Assembly: GCA_035632655.1 (NCBI GenBank)
Contig: DASQGK010000098.1
Span: 7,810-71,809, forward strand
Reading direction: 5' to 3'
DNA: 64,000 bases
Source: Steroidobacteraceae bacterium
GTDB lineage: Bacteria > Pseudomonadota > Gammaproteobacteria > Steroidobacterales > Steroidobacteraceae
The first letter of the stretch is position 1. Each line of letters starts with the position of its first letter. A program made the position numbers and the translations under genes. Of the stretch, positions 25,477 through 35,130 are shown piece after piece. The notes below the pieces were generated by a model. It ran no database searches, had not been told where the DNA came from, and was given only the letters and a program-made list of their open reading frames with translations.

Positions 25477-27951
25477 ATGGGCGGCATTCGGCCGATTCTC
25501 GTTCAGAGTCTGATCGCTCCCCTTGTTCTCGCGGCACTGGCGTTGCCCTCTGTTGCCTCAGCGCAACAGCAGACTGCGGCAGCCGAGCAGCCGGGTGGCC
25601 TCCAGGAAGTCATCGTCACGGCCACCAAGCGCTCACAGAACCTGCAGGACGTGCCCTTCTCGGTCTCCGCGACCAGCGAAGAGCAGATCCGCAATGCGGG
25701 CGCCATGGACATCGTCGACCTGGCCCGCAACGTGGCGGGACTTGCGATCGCGGACTTAGGTCCCGGCCAGAGCCAGATGGCCATCCGCGGCATCAGCTCC
25801 GGCCAGGTCATCCGCGACCAGCCGGGCGTGAAGGAGCAGGTGGGTGTCTATCTCGATGAATCGCCCATCTCGGTGGCCCTCTTCACTCCCGATCTCGAGC
25901 TCTTCGATCTCGACCGCTTCGAAGTACTGCGCGGGCCGCAGGGGACACTCTTCGGCGCAGGCTCCGAGGCGGGCACGGTGCGCTACATCACGACCCAGCC
26001 CAAGCTCGGCAAGAGCGAAGTGCTGATGGACGCCTCCCTGGAGGACGTCGCACACGGCGACGAGGGCGGCTTCGCGCGCATGGCGATGAACGTACCGCTG
26101 TCCGACGATGTGGCCGTGCGCTTCGTGGCCTACTGGCATCACCTCCCCGGATTCATCGACGCCATCTCGCCCTACGGACCCGCCGGCGCCGACACGCCGT
26201 CCAGCTTCACGGTCAATCGGGCGATCAACTCCGGTGACCGCGGCGGCGCGCGCCTCGCCGTGCTCTTCAAGCCCAACGACGCGCTGTCGATCACGCCGCG
26301 CATCGTGTTCCAGAAGCTCGAGACCAACGGCTACCCGCGCGTCGACCTCTACAACATCCTCGCGAACCCCTACACGACCACCCAGCCGGCCGTGACCATG
26401 GGCGATCTCACGCAGTACCGGCAGCAGCCCGACGGGCTCACCGACGACTTCACGCTCGCGGACGTCAAGGTCGACTACGATGCGGGGCCCGCGACCCTCA
26501 CCTCGGTGACCTCCTACACGCATCGCAATGTGCAGGTGCTGCGCGATGCCACGCAGCTCACCGGCAGCGTGACCTTCGATGTGTTCGGCGACGCCTCGGT
26601 GCCGCCGGATTTCGCCGGCGTGCGCACCAGCTCGCCGCTCTATGACCGCACGCATCTCAACGTGTTCTCGGAGGAGCTGCGGCTGGCCTCCAACGGCAAG
26701 CAGACGGTCGACTGGCTGGCGGGGGCCTTCTTCCAGCACGTCGGCCGACACTACGGGCAGGATCTGCCGACTCCGGGCTACGACGCCCTGAATGCCGAGT
26801 TCGGCTTCCCGCTCGGCCCGAACCCGGTGGGGCTGCCCGACACGCCCTTCTACTCGAATCTCTTCTACACGCTGAAGCAATACGCCGCCTTCGGCGAGGT
26901 GACCTGGCACGCGACCGACCAGTTCTCGGTCACCGCCGGCCTGCGCTACTACAAGTACAGCGAGGACCGCGTGCTCAACTTCAACGGCGTGTTCGCATCC
27001 GACACGCCGCCGGGCGGCATTCCCGGGTCGGTCGATTCGAACGGCACCTCACCCCGGCTGATCCTTTCCTACAAGCCGGATCAGGACGTCGAGCTCTATG
27101 CTCAGGCGTCGCGCGGCTTCCGCCTGGGCGGCATCAACGACCCGATCAACCTGCCGCTGTGCTCCGCGCAGGACAAGATCATCTTCGGCGGTTACAGCAA
27201 CTGGAAGGACGAGAAGCTCTGGGACTATGAGGCTGGCATCAAGTCGCAATGGCTCGACCACCGCCTCACCCTCAACGTGGCGGCGTTCTACGAGAACATC
27301 GACAACCTGCAGGCCACGGCTACCGCCGGCACCTGTTCTTCGCGCCTCGTCATCAATGTGCCGACCGCGCGCAGCGAGGGTGTGGAGGCCGAGTTGTTTG
27401 CGCATCCGAACGTCAATTGGGACTTCGGCATCTCGGCCACCGTTCTCGATGCCAAGCTGACCTCCTCGGTCATCTCCTCGCTCGGCGTCGTGGGCGGCCT
27501 GCAGGACGGCAACCGCATGCCAACCGCGCCCAAGGCGCAGGCGGCGGGCAGCGCCGGCTTCACGCTGCCAGCGGCTGCGGGGTCCTCGGACTTCTTCGCC
27601 AACCTCACCGTCCAGTACGTCGGCTCCTCCTACTCGCAGTTCGAGAACGAGGAGCCGGGCTGGGGCCAGATCGGTGGTGCCGGCGATCCCAATGCGGCGC
27701 GGCTGATCACCTACGGCGGCGTGCCCGCCGGGACGGTGATCCCCTTCAATACCCTGCTGCCGAGCTACACGCTCGCCAACCTGCGCTTCGGCTTCAAGAC
27801 CGATCGCTGGCAGGCGGCTATCTACGTCAACAACCTTACCGACAAGAGTGCGGAGCTGGCGCTCGACTACGAGCGCGGCCGCAGCGCCCGGGTCGGCTAC
27901 CTGACCAACCAGCCGCGCACCGTCGGGCTGTACGGCAGCTACAGCTTCTAG
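25477..27951 (+). CDS. TonB-dependent receptor
   Basis: About 824 aa from ATG 25477 (AGGAGG 7 nt upstream). Signal peptide, then plug motifs EVIVTATKR, DLDRFEVLRGPQGTLFG, and C-terminal ...GLYGSYSF. Confidence 0.9.
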   Translation: MGGIRPILVQSLIAPLVLAALALPSVASAQQQTAAAEQPGGLQEVIVTATKRSQNLQDVPFSVSATSEEQIRNAGAMDIVDLARNVAGLAIADLGPGQSQMAIRGISSGQVIRDQPGVKEQVGVYLDESPISVALFTPDLELFDLDRFEVLRGPQGTLFGAGSEAGTVRYITTQPKLGKSEVLMDASLEDVAHGDEGGFARMAMNVPLSDDVAVRFVAYWHHLPGFIDAISPYGPAGADTPSSFTVNRAINSGDRGGARLAVLFKPNDALSITPRIVFQKLETNGYPRVDLYNILANPYTTTQPAVTMGDLTQYRQQPDGLTDDFTLADVKVDYDAGPATLTSVTSYTHRNVQVLRDATQLTGSVTFDVFGDASVPPDFAGVRTSSPLYDRTHLNVFSEELRLASNGKQTVDWLAGAFFQHVGRHYGQDLPTPGYDALNAEFGFPLGPNPVGLPDTPFYSNLFYTLKQYAAFGEVTWHATDQFSVTAGLRYYKYSEDRVLNFNGVFASDTPPGGIPGSVDSNGTSPRLILSYKPDQDVELYAQASRGFRLGGINDPINLPLCSAQDKIIFGGYSNWKDEKLWDYEAGIKSQWLDHRLTLNVAAFYENIDNLQATATAGTCSSRLVINVPTARSEGVEAELFAHPNVNWDFGISATVLDAKLTSSVISSLGVVGGLQDGNRMPTAPKAQAAGSAGFTLPAAAGSSDFFANLTVQYVGSSYSQFENEEPGWGQIGGAGDPNAARLITYGGVPAGTVIPFNTLLPSYTLANLRFGFKTDRWQAAIYVNNLTDKSAELALDYERGRSARVGYLTNQPRTVGLYGSYSF

Positions 27952-27967
27952 ACCCGCACCTCGCATG

Positions 27968-28002
27968 AAGCGCCCGGCCTCTCCGGCCGGGCGCTTTTTT
28001 TT
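27968..28002 (+). terminator. rho-independent terminator of the TonB-dependent receptor gene
   Basis: AAGCGCCCGGCC-TCTCC-GGCCGGGCGCTT followed by T8, read directly. Confidence 0.8.
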
Positions 28003-28012
28003 CGTATCCACT

Positions 28013-29755
28013 ATGCTCTGCCCACTTTTGGGCCGGGAGCTCCCCGTGTTGCGAACAGTAACCCTGCGGCTTGCGATCGCGCTGCTGGCGCTCACTCCGG
28101 CACTCCTGCCCGCGGCGCAGGCGGCCGCCACGCCAGCCGGCATGGACCGCGACCTCCTCGAGGTCACCATCCCGCAGCTGCACCGCTACTACGAGCAGCG
28201 CCGCTACACCGTGTCACAGGTGGTCGACTGGTATCTCGCGCGCATCGCGCGTTACAACGGCACTTACAAGCCGCTCGAGCAGGTGTTCGAGGCGGAGGCG
28301 CGCGCGCTCGCCGCGCGCGCAGACGCCGAGCCGGCCGCCGCGCGCGGCCCGCTGTGGGGCGTGCCGATCGTCATCAAGGCCAACACCAGCATCGCGGGCG
28401 AGGTGACGACCAACGGCTGGGAAGGCTTCGTCGTGCCCGGCCACGAGCTCATCGCACCGCGCGACGCCACGATCGTCGCCAGGCTGCGCGCCGCGGGTGC
28501 GATCATCCTCGGGCACAGCAATATGCCGGATTTTGCCAACTCCGATACCACGCGCAGCAGCTCCTTCGGCCGCACCGGCAATGCCTACGACATTCGCTTC
28601 TCGCCCGGCGGGTCCTCCGGAGGGACCGTGACCGCGGTGACGGGCAACATGGCCGTGTTCGGCAGCGGTACGGATACCGGCAATTCCATCCGCATGCCGT
28701 CGGGGACCAGCGCGCTGATCGGCGTATTCCCGACCCGTGGCCTGGTGAGCATCGCCGGCATCGCCCCGCTCGACTGGCTGCTCGACAACACCGGGCCCAT
28801 CGCCCGCAATGTCACCGACGCGGCGATCGCGCTCGATGTGATGGCCGGAGAGGACCCGCTCGATCCGGTGACCCAGGGCTCGGCCGCGAAGGCGCAGCAC
28901 GGACCGTACACGCAATACCTGAAGAGCGACGCGCTCAGGGGCCGCCGCTTCGGCGTGCCCGCCTTCATCCTCGCAGGCATCGGCATTCCGTTCCGCGGCA
29001 CGCCGGCCGTGGTGCCGGACATGGCGGCGGAGAAGCATGCGGACGAGGAGGCCTGGGCGCTCGATCCGCGCACGCGTGCCGCTTTCATGAAAGCGCTCGC
29101 CGAGCTGCGCGCGCTCGGCGCCACGGTCGTCATGGACGACTCGGTGCTGCCGGAGAGCTTCGCGCGGGCGGCGGGCCGCATCGCCACCTACCCGTACGGA
29201 CGCGAGGGCACGGACCTGTTTCTCAGGAATTTCGGGCCGGCGGAGTACCACTCGAGCGCCGATTACGAGCGCGTGATGGGCGCTCCGCTCGGGGCGCCCA
29301 TGATCGGCACCGAGCCCCTGAAGTCGCAGTTCGAGTACGGCGATATCAGGATCAATCAGCGTACGCTCGAGACGGACCCGGACGCGGAGCGCAACTTCTT
29401 CGGTCCGCGCCGCCGCGTGCTCAAGGATTACCTCGACACCATGGACCGTCTGCACCTCGACGGCTATATCTACCCCTCGAGCCAGATGCCGCCGGTCGAC
29501 GAGACCATGCCGCAGGACGGCCAGGTGACCGACGGCCCGCATTCCGCGACCAGCTGGGTCAACATGCTGGGCGTTCCCGCGGTCGTCGTGGTCGGAGGCT
29601 TCTACGACAGCGGCCTGCCCTTCGGCATGGAGCTCTCGGGTCGCCCCTTCCGGGACGGCGACCTGCTCGGCTTCGCCTATGCCTGGGAGCAGGGGACGCA
29701 CCACCGGCATCCGCCCGTGCTCGCGGACCAGGGGCTGCTGCCAGGGGCGCGCTGA
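28013..29755 (+). CDS. secreted amidase (amidase-signature family)
   Basis: About 580 aa from the first ATG after the terminator. Signal peptide ...ALLPAAQAAA, then PLWGVPIVIKAN and GGSSGGTVTAV (AS signature). Confidence 0.88.
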   Translation: MLCPLLGRELPVLRTVTLRLAIALLALTPALLPAAQAAATPAGMDRDLLEVTIPQLHRYYEQRRYTVSQVVDWYLARIARYNGTYKPLEQVFEAEARALAARADAEPAAARGPLWGVPIVIKANTSIAGEVTTNGWEGFVVPGHELIAPRDATIVARLRAAGAIILGHSNMPDFANSDTTRSSSFGRTGNAYDIRFSPGGSSGGTVTAVTGNMAVFGSGTDTGNSIRMPSGTSALIGVFPTRGLVSIAGIAPLDWLLDNTGPIARNVTDAAIALDVMAGEDPLDPVTQGSAAKAQHGPYTQYLKSDALRGRRFGVPAFILAGIGIPFRGTPAVVPDMAAEKHADEEAWALDPRTRAAFMKALAELRALGATVVMDDSVLPESFARAAGRIATYPYGREGTDLFLRNFGPAEYHSSADYERVMGAPLGAPMIGTEPLKSQFEYGDIRINQRTLETDPDAERNFFGPRRRVLKDYLDTMDRLHLDGYIYPSSQMPPVDETMPQDGQVTDGPHSATSWVNMLGVPAVVVVGGFYDSGLPFGMELSGRPFRDGDLLGFAYAWEQGTHHRHPPVLADQGLLPGAR

Positions 29756-29763
29756 GCCCGGCT

Positions 29764-30510
29764 TCAGATTCTGAACCGCTCCTTGAGCTCCCCGGCCATG
29801 CGGCGGCTCACCGCGAGCGGGGCGGGGCAGCCGCGCAGCCGCACGAAGTACTGCCCGTCGGCGCCACGCTCGATGGCCTCGAGGTACTTCACCGCGACCA
29901 GCGCGTTGCGGTGGATGCGTACGAAGGCGGCGCCGAACTCCCCTTCCAGCAGCCGCAGCGAGTCCTCGATCAGCTCCTCGCCGTTCAGGTGTCGCACGGT
30001 GGTGTATTTCTGGTCGGCGAGGAAGTACTGCACCTCCTCGATCGGGACCAGCTTCAGGCCCTCGCGGTGGCGCGCCGCGATGTGGGTGCGCCGCCCCTGA
30101 TCGCCCGCGGCGGCGAGCTTCTGCAGCTGGGCACGCGTCAGCCGTCCGGCGCGCGCGAGCGAGGCGGCCAGCTGCTCCTTGCGCACGGGCTTCAGCAGGT
30201 ACCCGACCGCGTGCGCCGCGAAGGCCTCGACCGCGTACTCATCGTACGCAGTGGTGAAGATCACGGCCGGCGGCTCCTCCAGCACGGCGAGATGCCGCGC
30301 CGTCTCGAGTCCATCCATGCCGGGCATGCGCACATCCAGCAGCACGATGTCGGGGGCAAGGTCGTGGGTCTGCGCCAGCGCCTCGGCCCCGCCCATCGCC
30401 TCGCCGACCACGGTGACGTCGGGGATCTCCGCGAGCAGGCTCCGCAGCCGTTCACGTGCCGGCGGCTCGTCGTCGACGATCAGCACCTTGAGGCGGACGG
30501 CGGCGTGCAT
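29764..30510 (-). CDS. LytR/AlgR-family response regulator (REC + LytTR)
   Basis: 248 aa. Motifs: KVLIVDDEPPARERL, LLDVRMPGMDGLE, LytTR segment YFLADQKYTTVRH...FVRIHRNALV. Confidence 0.9.
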   Translation of the reverse strand: MHAAVRLKVLIVDDEPPARERLRSLLAEIPDVTVVGEAMGGAEALAQTHDLAPDIVLLDVRMPGMDGLETARHLAVLEEPPAVIFTTAYDEYAVEAFAAHAVGYLLKPVRKEQLAASLARAGRLTRAQLQKLAAAGDQGRRTHIAARHREGLKLVPIEEVQYFLADQKYTTVRHLNGEELIEDSLRLLEGEFGAAFVRIHRNALVAVKYLEAIERGADGQYFVRLRGCPAPLAVSRRMAGELKERFRI

Positions 30511-30517
30511 GCGCGCT

Positions 30518-31612
30518 TCAGGCGGCCGCCGGCGGCGCGGCTCCCGGCACCGCCGGCTTTTCGATGAGCGGGAAGCGCAGCGTGACGATGTACTCCCCGT
30601 CGAAGGTCCCCGATTTCATCAGCGCCCGTTCGCCGTACATGAGGTCGAGGCGCTCGCGGATATTGGCGAGGGCCAGGCGGTTGCCGTCGCGCTGTTGCGG
30701 GCCGGCGCCGAGCGGATTGCGTACCACGACGGTGATCAGGCCGCCGTTGATCTCGCCGGTGATGGTCACGGTACCGCCTTCGGAGCGCGGCTCGATGCCG
30801 TGGTAGATGGCGTTCTCGAGCAGCGGCTGGATCATGAGCCCCGGCACCAGCGCCTGTCCGGGGAGAGAGTCGGTCTTCCACTCGACCCGCAGCCGCGCGC
30901 CGAGGCGCAGCTGCTCCATCCGCTGGTAAGTACGCGCCACCTCGAGCTCCTCCGCCAGCGTGATGGTGTGATGCTTCTCGGAGAGGGTTGCGCGGAAGAG
31001 GTCGGCGAGATCCTGCACCGCACTCTCGGCGCGCGGCGGATCGGTGCGGGTGAGAGCGGCGATGGTATTCATGCTGTTGAAGAGGAAATGCGGGCGGATG
31101 CGCGCCTGCAGCGCATGCACGCGCGCCGCGGCGCGCAGCTCGATGCTGCGGCGCCACTCGTGCGCCACGTAGAAATAGCGCAAGGCCAGTCCGCTCACCA
31201 CCAGCCCGATCCAGACGTTGCGCAGCACGAAGCCGACCGGGGCGTCCGGGAACAAGGTGGCGCCGCCCGACTCGACGACGAAGCGCGTGCGGCCGAGGTA
31301 GTAGGCGCATAGCGAGATCGCGGCCACGAGCAGCGTCAGCAGTCCCAGCACCGCGGCCGACCCCGCCGCGACGCTGAGCCGCGTGAGCCGGGGCAGCAGC
31401 ACGCACAGGAGTGCCGACCCGGTCAGGCCGATCCACAGCATGAACAGCGAGGTGCGCACCAGGTCGGTCCACAGATCGACCGCTGCGCTCTGCCGTGCCA
31501 GCGTCAGAATGAGCGCGGTGAGCTCGACGATGAGCACCACCGCGAGCGTGGCGCGCGAGGTGCAGAAGTTCGGCAGGTAGAGGGAGCGTTCTTCGCCTGA
31601 GTCGGCGTTCAT
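30518..31612 (-). CDS. LytS/AlgZ(FimS)-type sensor histidine kinase
   Basis: 364 aa. It has 4-5 TM helices, then the His_kinase motif RIRPHFLFNSMNTIAAL, and LENAIYHGIEP (HATPase). Confidence 0.88.
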   Translation of the reverse strand: MNADSGEERSLYLPNFCTSRATLAVVLIVELTALILTLARQSAAVDLWTDLVRTSLFMLWIGLTGSALLCVLLPRLTRLSVAAGSAAVLGLLTLLVAAISLCAYYLGRTRFVVESGGATLFPDAPVGFVLRNVWIGLVVSGLALRYFYVAHEWRRSIELRAAARVHALQARIRPHFLFNSMNTIAALTRTDPPRAESAVQDLADLFRATLSEKHHTITLAEELEVARTYQRMEQLRLGARLRVEWKTDSLPGQALVPGLMIQPLLENAIYHGIEPRSEGGTVTITGEINGGLITVVVRNPLGAGPQQRDGNRLALANIRERLDLMYGERALMKSGTFDGEYIVTLRFPLIEKPAVPGAAPPAAA

Positions 31613-32523
31613 TTGGCTCGGGGCGGTGGCGGCACGCCCATGATGTTGGTGCGCTCGAAGAGCTCGGCCTTGAGGCGGAAAGTGGCCGAGATGTCCTCGT
31701 CCCCGTAGCCGCGGGCGGTGAGCTCGGCGTACTCGGCCAGCATGCGCTCGACCACCGGCAGCGAGACGCCGAAGCGCGCCGCCATGTCATGACAGATGCC
31801 GAGATCCTTGGCATGCAGCCGCACGCGGAATCCGGCCGGGTAAGCGCCCTTCGCCATGTTGGGAGCGCGATGCACGAAGTACCAGGAAGAGCCGGCGCCC
31901 TTGCCCAGTGTGTCGATGAGCGTCGGCAGCGGCAGCCCCTGGGCGCGCGCGAACGCCATGGCCTCGGCGACCGCTTCGATGATCCCGGCGCACATGATCT
32001 GGTTGGTTGCCTTGGCCGCCTGACCGCTGCCGACGGGGCCGAAGTGGCTGACGGTCTTGCCGAGCGCATTGAGCACGGGACTGGCGCGCTCGAAGGCCGC
32101 CGGCGTCCCGCCCACCATGATGGCGAGGGTGCCATCGCGCGCCCCTTCGACCCCGCCCGATACCGGACAGTCGAGGAACTCGACCCCCTTCGGCTCGAGG
32201 AGCTCGGCGGCCTGACGCGCGGTCTCGGAGCTCACCGTCGAGCAGTCGAGCATGAGAGTGCCGGACTTCAGCGCCGGGGCGAGGGCGCTTGCGACCTCGA
32301 GCACGTCGGCGTCCGCCGAGACGCACGACACGACGGCATCGACCTGGGTGGCGAGCTCGGCGAGAGTTGCGGGAGCTGCCACCTTGAGCTCGGAGGCAAG
32401 CGAGTCCGCCTTGGCGCGGGTGCGGTTCCACACCGCGGCCAGCATTCCTGCACGATGGAGATTGCGCGCCATGCCCATTCCCATGGCGCCGAGTCCGACG
32501 AAGCCTGCGCGCATTCCTGACAC
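31609..32523 (-). CDS. NAD(P)-dependent 3-hydroxyisobutyrate dehydrogenase-family oxidoreductase
   Basis: 304 aa. Motifs: AGFVGLGAMGMGMARNL, DCPVSGG, GSGQAAKATNQ. The stop overlaps the kinase ATG (ATGA). Confidence 0.88.
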   Translation of the reverse strand: MSGMRAGFVGLGAMGMGMARNLHRAGMLAAVWNRTRAKADSLASELKVAAPATLAELATQVDAVVSCVSADADVLEVASALAPALKSGTLMLDCSTVSSETARQAAELLEPKGVEFLDCPVSGGVEGARDGTLAIMVGGTPAAFERASPVLNALGKTVSHFGPVGSGQAAKATNQIMCAGIIEAVAEAMAFARAQGLPLPTLIDTLGKGAGSSWYFVHRAPNMAKGAYPAGFRVRLHAKDLGICHDMAARFGVSLPVVERMLAEYAELTARGYGDEDISATFRLKAELFERTNIMGVPPPPRAK

Positions 32524-32577
32524 CTGGCGCGAGTTACGCGCCCCGGATGCGACTATAGCTTAAGGCGAGGTCGACTC

Positions 32578-33084
32578 TTACGGTTTGGCCTTGGGCTCGG
32601 GGATCGGCTGCGGCTCGGGGATCGGCTGGTCGGGCTTCCACTCCGGCACGCTGCCACAGGCGGCCTGCACATCCTTGCGGGCCTCGGCGCGGTAGGCATC
32701 CGCTTCGGTATCCGACATGTACTCGCGCTCGCCGTCCTTGCCTTCCTTGTAGACGCGCCGCGACTGGATCGACCGCATGTAACGCTCTCTGGCGAACTTG
32801 CACTGCGCATCGCGCGCGCGCGCCTTGTCTTCCTGCACTGCGCGGGCGTTGTCCTGATCGTTCGAGGCCTGGCCGAAACTGTTGGAGGCGCTGGAGCGCG
32901 AGGCCGCGGACGCACCCGAGTCGGGGCGGGGCTTGCCGACGCCCCTGATGAGCTCCGATCCCGGCACCCACTCGTCGCTGTAATGCACGACCCCGTCCTT
33001 GTCGACCCAACGGAAAACGTCGGCGCGGGCCAGGGGGCTCACTCCGGCCAGGATCAGGGCGGTAATCGCTACGAGTCGCAACAT
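32578..33084 (-). CDS. DUF4124 domain protein (secreted)
   Basis: 168 aa. Signal peptide, then DVFRWVDKDGVVHYSD, the DUF4124 hallmark. GGAGG RBS. Confidence 0.8.
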   Translation of the reverse strand: MLRLVAITALILAGVSPLARADVFRWVDKDGVVHYSDEWVPGSELIRGVGKPRPDSGASAASRSSASNSFGQASNDQDNARAVQEDKARARDAQCKFARERYMRSIQSRRVYKEGKDGEREYMSDTEADAYRAEARKDVQAACGSVPEWKPDQPIPEPQPIPEPKAKP

Positions 33085-33211
33085 AAGGGGGCCTCCGCCG
33101 CAGCAGTATGGCGGCTCGAGCCCCGCCGGCCTTTGAAGTGCGTCACACCGCCGCCGGGCGAGCGCCGCCGCGGGTCACACCATACAAAGCCTGACGCCCG
33201 TGCGCCAGTTT

Positions 33212-34627
33212 CTACAGGTCGTAGGCCCGCTCGCCGTGGGCCGTGATATCGAGGCCCTCGCGCTCCTCTTCCTCCGGCACCCGCAGGCCGATCACCAGCT
33301 TCACGATGTAGAAGGCGGCGCAGGAGACCACCGCGGTCCATACCAGGACCAGCAGCACCGCCTTCAGCTGGATGAGGAATTGAGTGGCGATACCGGGGTA
33401 GCCGGTCGCACCGGTGACGTAGTCGGCTGTGGAGCCGGGGCCCCCCAGCACCGGGGCATTGAAGATGCCGGTCATGAGCGCTCCGAAGATCCCGCCGAGG
33501 GCGTGTACCCCGAAGACATCGAGAGAGTCGTCCGCCCTGATGAGGCGCTTCAGTCCCGTGACGCCCCACAGGCACACGACCCCGACGCCGAGGCCGATGG
33601 CGAAGGCGCCGGGAATGCCGACATTGCCCGCCGCCGGAGTGATGGCCACGAGTCCTGCGACGGCTCCGGAGGCCGCGCCGAGCATCGAGGGCTTGCCCTT
33701 GAGCGCCCACTCGGCGGTCATCCAGGACAGCACCGCGCAGGCGGTCGCGAGGTAGGTGTTCATGAAGGCGAGAGCGGCAGTGCCGTTGGCCTCGAGCGCC
33801 GAGCCCGCATTGAATCCGAACCACCCGAACCACAGGAGCGACGCTCCCACCATGGTGAGCGTGAGGTTGTGCGGCGCCATGGGCTCCCTGCCAAAACCGA
33901 CGCGCTTGCCGAGCACGAAGGCACCGACCAGTCCCGCGACACCGGCGTTGATGTGCACCACCGTGCCGCCCGCGAAATCGAGGGCCCCCCATCGCCAGAT
34001 GAGGCCGCCCTTGGCGCTCACGGCGCCGGCCGTCGCCGCCGAGGTGAAGGCGTCGGGTCCCGGCCAGTACCACACCATGTGCGCGATCGGCACATAGCTG
34101 AAGGTGAACCACAGCACCAGGAACAGCAGCATCGCCGGGAAGCGCATGCGCTCGACGAGGGAGCCGAGGATCAGGCAGCAGGTGATGGCGGCGAAGGTCG
34201 CCTGAAAAGCGACGTACACGAGCTCATAGAGCGGGGTGTTGCGACTGAAGGTGGCGGCGTACGAGAACTGGCCCGTGCGGGCATTGAAGGTGCCGGCGAG
34301 AAACAGCCGGCTGAAGCCGCCGATCACGGCATTGCCCTCGGTGAAGGCGAGCGAATAGCCGTAGATGCACCACAGGACCGTGATGAGCGAGAACCCGACG
34401 AACACCTGCATGAGCACCGACAGCATGTTCTTGGTGCGCACCAGGCCGCCGTAGAAGAGTGCCAGCGCCGGTACCGACATCAGCAGCACGAAGGCGGTCG
34501 AGGTGAGCATCCATGCCGTATCGCCCTTGTTGGGTACGGCCGCATCCGCCCAGGCGAGCGCGGGAGCGAGGGCGATGAGTGCGGCGCCGAGGCGGGTGGC
34601 GGTTCGGGTAGCGTTCGCGTGCGGCAT
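33212..34627 (-). CDS. amtB: ammonium transporter
   Basis: 471 aa from ATG 34627. Signal peptide, then GDTAWMLTSTAFVLLM, DFAGGTVVHINAG, GVHALGGIFG. Confidence 0.93.
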   Translation of the reverse strand: MPHANATRTATRLGAALIALAPALAWADAAVPNKGDTAWMLTSTAFVLLMSVPALALFYGGLVRTKNMLSVLMQVFVGFSLITVLWCIYGYSLAFTEGNAVIGGFSRLFLAGTFNARTGQFSYAATFSRNTPLYELVYVAFQATFAAITCCLILGSLVERMRFPAMLLFLVLWFTFSYVPIAHMVWYWPGPDAFTSAATAGAVSAKGGLIWRWGALDFAGGTVVHINAGVAGLVGAFVLGKRVGFGREPMAPHNLTLTMVGASLLWFGWFGFNAGSALEANGTAALAFMNTYLATACAVLSWMTAEWALKGKPSMLGAASGAVAGLVAITPAAGNVGIPGAFAIGLGVGVVCLWGVTGLKRLIRADDSLDVFGVHALGGIFGALMTGIFNAPVLGGPGSTADYVTGATGYPGIATQFLIQLKAVLLVLVWTAVVSCAAFYIVKLVIGLRVPEEEEREGLDITAHGERAYDL

Positions 34628-34724
34628 GGTCTCTCCGGATGCGGCATATCGGGTGAATCGCGCCGCGAACACGTTCTGCAGGCGTGCACGGGGACGCGTA
34701 AGCTTTCGCCCCTGACTGCCGCGG

Positions 34725-34740
34725 TGCAGTTTCCGTGCCA
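34725..34740 (-). promoter_or_regulatory. sigma-54 (-24/-12) promoter TGGCACGGAAACTGCA upstream of amtB
   Basis: On the - strand: TGGCAC-GGAAA-CTGCA, with the GG and GC correctly spaced. It lies about 98 nt upstream of the amtB ATG. Confidence 0.55.
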
Positions 34741-34845
34741 CTGGCCATGGGGCGTGTTTCACGGGATTTGCACGACGGCATGGCGCGGCTTTGCACCGTT
34801 TTGGGGCCTGACCGCGAACAGCTGCGTCAAACCGGAGCGAAACTC

Positions 34846-35106
34846 ATGGAGTCACTGCGAATAGACGATCTGGCGCGGCGCCTGCTTGAGCGGGTGCCCC
34901 CCGCACTGCGCGCAGTGCAGCAGGATCTCGAGGCCGGCTTCCGCGCCGTGCTGCGCGAGCGCCTGAGCCAGCTCGATCTCATCACCCGCGATGAGTTCGA
35001 GGCACAGTCGCGGGTGCTGGAACGTACGCGCGCACGACTCGAGGCTCTCGAGGCGCGGCTCGCCGCCCTCGAAGGCTCCGCCGGAGAAGGGGCACCGCCG
35101 GTTTAA
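34846..35106 (+). CDS. ubiK: ubiquinone biosynthesis accessory factor UbiK (YqiC/BMFP family)
   Basis: 86 aa. LDLITRDEFEAQSRVLERTRARLEALEARL matches my recollection of E. coli YqiC [23 protein letters not shown]. GGAG RBS. Confidence 0.75.
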   Translation: MESLRIDDLARRLLERVPPALRAVQQDLEAGFRAVLRERLSQLDLITRDEFEAQSRVLERTRARLEALEARLAALEGSAGEGAPPV

Positions 35107-35130
35107 CCAGCCGCGCCGACAGGGAGGTCC

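Noticed and set aside
34781-34795. Sigma-54-like TGGCGCGGCTTTGCA on the + strand upstream of ubiK.
   Set aside because: The GG to GC spacing is one nucleotide short of the -24/-12 geometry. ubiK is also an unlikely RpoN target. The well-spaced element on the opposite strand (34725-34740) fits amtB instead.
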